From the NCBI GenBank assembly GCA_050253415.1, contig JBFWJC010000001.1:1384679-1448678 (forward strand): a stretch of 64,000 nucleotides of DNA, read 5' to 3'. The DNA is from Pedobacter sp. (lineage in GTDB: Bacteria > Desulfobacterota > Desulfuromonadia > Desulfuromonadales > Syntrophotaleaceae). The notes below the pieces were generated by a model. It was given only the letters and a program-made list of their open reading frames with translations, had not been told where the DNA came from and searched no databases. Both the position numbers and the translations under genes were made by a program. Below, in pieces: positions 60,741-64,000 of this stretch. Positions within the stretch are counted from its first letter, which is position 1. The number at the start of each line of letters is the position of its first letter.

Positions 60741-62899
60741 TGATGCTTCGGCGGCTTGAACTGCAGGCTTTCGGACGCTTTGAGGACGAGGTCATCGAAT
60801 TCGCACCCGGCATGAATCTGGTGTCGGGTCCCAACGAGTCGGGCAAAACCACTCTTTTACAGGCTGTGGTGGCGGTATTGTTCGGAGATGACGATGCCGC
60901 ACGATTCGTACCTTGGGAAAGCTCCGGCATATGCAGGGCGGCGTTGTTGATTGAGACAAAGGGGCGCCAGGTAAGGATCGAACGTGATTTTTTTACCGGT
61001 TATGTAAGTTGGACCGAAGCCGATGCCGAGGGTGTTTTTCAGCCTGTTTTTTGCGGCTGTCCAGATGCCGAAAATTCGGAATTGGACCCGTCAACCTATC
61101 GAGCAAGGTTGCAGGAGCTGCTGGGAGTGTCTCACCGGGAGTTCTTGCAGACCCTGCTCTATGGTGATCCTTCCGACGGCAACCCCGGGGAGGCTTCCGA
61201 GCGTCTCAAAGCATGTTTTTCAGATCCGGAAGTAGCCCGATTCGAGGATGTCCTGAAAACGTTGCAGGCTGAATTCCTTGGCATTTCAAGCGACAATCCC
61301 TGGGGGCTTCAAGCGGACGGGGAGGGTGAGCTGCAGGCTATTGCACGGCGACTGGCAGAGCTGGAAAAAGAATGGTTCGGGCTTCAGGAAACCATCCGTC
61401 AGCGGGAGCTGCAAGAGGCCGATGTGGTCGACGAGATCAGCGGAGCCGACGGAACGATTGATTCCGAAACGGCCTGCCCTGTGGTGCCTGAGTCATCAGA
61501 ACCCATTGTGGAACATCACGAGGCTGCAGGGCCTGTTACGGATGTGAGCTCCGATCCGCCAGCGGATTATGCGACCAGACGTGCCACACTGGAGACCGAG
61601 TTGGCCAAAACAGGCCTGCCGCGAAGCATCCCGGCCGAGTTGCCCGAGCTTTTGAGTTCTTGTGCCAGCTTGCGGCAGGCGATGGCTGAACAGAAGCGTA
61701 GCCTGGGGGTTCGTCAGGAAGAACGACGGAAGTGCCGTCCGCCGGCCTGGAAAGGGTTGGCATTCGGTTTGGCAGGTATCTGGGCAGCAGCGTTATCCTG
61801 GCTATGGGTACAGCTCTCTATCCTGCCGATCTGGGGAGGTTTGCTGGTTACTGCCGTTGCCGGAGCATGGTATGTCCGGCGTTGCCTGCAGGCACGTAGT
61901 GCGGGACAGCAGCTCGATAGCCAGGTTGCCGCCGTAGAGGCGCAGGTCTACGAACTCCAGCAGCAGCTCACAGCCATCAACGATCGATTCGAGGCTTTGG
62001 GTTTGTCGCCTTCGCCTGTGGAAACCGTGCGCATGCAAAAAAATCTTCCCCGCCATCAGCAACTGCTGGAGCAGTTGCGGCAGATGGATGTTGTTCAGGA
62101 TGAGGTTGCCCAGGACAGGGGGGGGATCGAGCCAGACGTCTCTGTCTGTGAGCCGATTGCTGCGTCAGTAGAGGCTTTCGCTGCTATCTCAGATGCGCAA
62201 GCAGCCGAGCCGGTGCCTGATGAAGCTTCTTGCATGCAGGCAGCCGGGGACTCTATTATTGCAGATTCGATGGGTACACCGGGGGCTCTTGACTTGGAAA
62301 GCCTGCTGGATGCACGCACCCGGATCGAAGCTGAAGGGGAAGAGCTGCGGGCACGGGAGTCCAAGCTTACACAGCGCAGAAATACTCTCGTTGTGGAATG
62401 TGATCTGCTGATGGAGACTCTTGCCGATACTCCCGCGACCGATAGGCAGGCTTTGGCCGGGATTCTCGGTCAACTGATGAGCGATTTGACAGGTGGCGTG
62501 GTTGATAAAGTGCATGTTACTGAGGATTTTGTCGTGCAATTATCGGGAGCGGATGGTGTCTGGTTACCGGTTGAGCGTTTTAGCAGTGCCACACGCACCC
62601 TGCATAATTTGGCGTTGTGCCTGACCCCTAACCAGCTACGTGGCGAGGGTTCGCGCCTGCCGCTTCTGCTTGATGATCCCTTGGGGGCTCTCGACAAAAA
62701 ACGCCGTGGGCAGGCGCTTAAAGTTCTGGAGCAGTGTGCTGCCGGGGCACAGATTATTTTATTCAGTCACGAGGAAGCCTTGCGCCGACGGGCGATGCGG
62801 GATGGTTGGCATCTGATTTCCCTGCGTGCCAAGGGGCCTGCGGTAGCAGTCGGCAAGGAGGAGAAGAACGATGATGACGGACAATTGTCTTTTTTGTAA
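60737..62899 (+). CDS. SbcC/YhaN-like SMC-family ATPase with central hydrophobic segments
   Basis: FGRF, Walker A GPNESGKTT, coiled coils, Walker B LLLDDP..LD, FSH. Confidence 0.82.
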   Translation: MMMLRRLELQAFGRFEDEVIEFAPGMNLVSGPNESGKTTLLQAVVAVLFGDDDAARFVPWESSGICRAALLIETKGRQVRIERDFFTGYVSWTEADAEGVFQPVFCGCPDAENSELDPSTYRARLQELLGVSHREFLQTLLYGDPSDGNPGEASERLKACFSDPEVARFEDVLKTLQAEFLGISSDNPWGLQADGEGELQAIARRLAELEKEWFGLQETIRQRELQEADVVDEISGADGTIDSETACPVVPESSEPIVEHHEAAGPVTDVSSDPPADYATRRATLETELAKTGLPRSIPAELPELLSSCASLRQAMAEQKRSLGVRQEERRKCRPPAWKGLAFGLAGIWAAALSWLWVQLSILPIWGGLLVTAVAGAWYVRRCLQARSAGQQLDSQVAAVEAQVYELQQQLTAINDRFEALGLSPSPVETVRMQKNLPRHQQLLEQLRQMDVVQDEVAQDRGGIEPDVSVCEPIAASVEAFAAISDAQAAEPVPDEASCMQAAGDSIIADSMGTPGALDLESLLDARTRIEAEGEELRARESKLTQRRNTLVVECDLLMETLADTPATDRQALAGILGQLMSDLTGGVVDKVHVTEDFVVQLSGADGVWLPVERFSSATRTLHNLALCLTPNQLRGEGSRLPLLLDDPLGALDKKRRGQALKVLEQCAAGAQIILFSHEEALRRRAMRDGWHLISLRAKGPAVAVGKEEKNDDDGQLSFL

Positions 62900-63221
62900 G
62901 ATTATAGCCGGAGAGATTCCCGGAACCTTTATCTATGAAGATGATAAGTTGGTGGTTCTGCAGGATATTGCGCCGCAGGCACCTCATCACTATTTGATCA
63001 TCCCGCGCAAGCATATTCGTACCACTCTCGACCTTGCGGTAGAGGATAACGATCTCGTCGGGCATGTCTACCAGGTAGCTGCGCAGTTGGCTGGGCAGCG
63101 CGGTTTTGCCGAGGGCGGTTTTCGGGTGGTGAATAACTGCAATGAAGGGGCCGGCCAGACGGTCTGGCATCTGCACTTTCATTTACTCGGTGGACGTGCC
63201 ATGACCTGGCCTCCGGGTTAG
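62871..63221 (+). CDS. hinT: Histidine triad nucleotide-binding protein
   Basis: CLFCKI, DI.PQAP.H, GQTVWHLHFHLLGG. Confidence 0.93.
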   Translation: MMTDNCLFCKIIAGEIPGTFIYEDDKLVVLQDIAPQAPHHYLIIPRKHIRTTLDLAVEDNDLVGHVYQVAAQLAGQRGFAEGGFRVVNNCNEGAGQTVWHLHFHLLGGRAMTWPPG

Positions 63222-63289
63222 TGCCAAGCCCGGGATGCTTGTTGCACAGCAGGTGTCATGGTTCCGCGTCAAAGGGCCTGGGGCATCAT

Positions 63290-63673
63290 TCAAAGCTGAC
63301 CCTTTGATGGCCCGGCCTTGGTCGACTCATGCTGTTCGGCGTCTTGCTGACAGGCCCGACACAGCCTGGTAAAAGGGAGAACTTCCAGACGGGCCATGCC
63401 GATTTTTTTACCGCAACCCTCGCAGGTTTCGTAACTGCCGTCCCGAAGACGTTCAAGGGCCTCGTCTATTGCAAGGATTTCTTCCCGACCGGCATCGCTG
63501 AGCAGGTGCAGGCAATCCTTGAGGCTGTCCGTCAGCCCCTGGTCCGCAACATCGGCCACGCCTTCATCGAGCAGGGCGGCAGCATCGGCGTTCTGTCGAC
63601 GGCACTGTTGCAAGCGTGTTTCACGCAGACTGAGAAGTCTTTTTCGAATACTCTCCAGGCTCTCTCGTGTCAT
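63290..63673 (-). CDS. TraR/DksA C4-type zinc finger protein
   Basis: D..D coiled-coil tip, I..AL.R...G.Y..C..C...I...RL...P....C..C; AAGGAG before ATG 63673. Confidence 0.88.
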   Translation of the reverse strand: MTRESLESIRKRLLSLRETRLQQCRRQNADAAALLDEGVADVADQGLTDSLKDCLHLLSDAGREEILAIDEALERLRDGSYETCEGCGKKIGMARLEVLPFTRLCRACQQDAEQHESTKAGPSKGQL

Positions 63674-63820
63674 GTTCTTCTCCTTCAGGAATGCGGGGGC
63701 GTCAGGGAGTCTATCTTCAAAAGTAAACCGTTTCCGCAGTAAGTCAAAGATGATCTGCGACGATGCGGTGGAATCCGCTGATTTAACAGGATCCAACCAG
63801 CCCCCTGCCTTGGAGGATGT

Positions 63821-64000
63821 GTGGCAGAACACAAGAAAAAAGAACGGCGCATGGTCAATGAAATCCTCGAATTGCTGGTTACCCATTACGGTGGCGGGTT
63901 GAGCGAGGAAGAACTCGACCGTGGCATAACCGACTTTCAACGCGCCATTGCTATCGCTTCGCGGGCACACGAGGGTCAGCTGCGTAAGTCCGGCGAACCA
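63821..64000 (+). CDS. RelA/SpoT-family protein, HD domain N-terminus (3'-partial)
   Basis: GGAGG then GTG 63821; manual translation ends ..RAIAIASRAHEGQLRKSGEP; absent from the ORF track. Confidence 0.8.
   Translation, partial: MAEHKKKERRMVNEILELLVTHYGGGLSEEELDRGITDFQRAIAIASRAHEGQLRKSGEP

Noticed and set aside
63674..63970. 99-aa N-terminal extension of the DksA ORF in the track
   Set aside because: Better RBS and start at 63673; the extension overlaps the divergent RelA/SpoT-type gene

Overview
The window looks like an anaerobic deltaproteobacterial chromosome (Desulfuromonadales, Pelobacter/Syntrophotalea-like; inferred from gene content only) and has three parts. (1) 1-9.0 kb, redox/metabolic block: the 3' end of a CoA-acylating (methyl)malonate-semialdehyde dehydrogenase, a truncated HTH::NfnA-like chimera, an SfrB/GltD-like NADPH flavoprotein paired with an [FeFe]-hydrogenase, an EamA transporter, a ferredoxin, an isocitrate-dehydrogenase-family relic and a FadR/GntR regulator. 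(2) About 9.0-37.2 kb, a mostly AT-richer mosaic mobile/defence island. It holds an IS3-family element, a 12-bp repeat array, a PPP-type metallophosphoesterase, an intact IS1595 with an 8-bp target duplication, and a complete type II CBASS (CD-NTase, Cap2, Cap3, HNH-SAVED) with an extra, closely linked 95-aa gene of unknown function. It also has IS30, IS481 and tyrosine-recombinase relics, a frameshifted tnsA copy followed by a full Tn7-like tnsABCD core, and cargo: a lipoprotein, an FkbM-like methyltransferase and a complete His-Xaa-Ser double radical-SAM system. The island ends inside a truncated comEC. (3) 38.4-64 kb, core backbone: HDOD protein, rodA-mrdA-mreDCB, PpiD-like PPIase, purC, purT, cupin, a kinase/EAL/PP2C signalling operon, tlyA, a CobM-like methylase, an SbcD/SbcC(YhaN)-like pair, HIT, DksA/TraR and the start of a RelA/SpoT-type HD protein. 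No rRNA, tRNA or CRISPR array was recognised. The best candidates for new biology are the fifth CBASS gene, the Tn7-linked His-Xaa-Ser system, the comEC insertion, and the SfrB-coupled hydrogenase. All family calls come from motif recognition by eye; no database searches were run.
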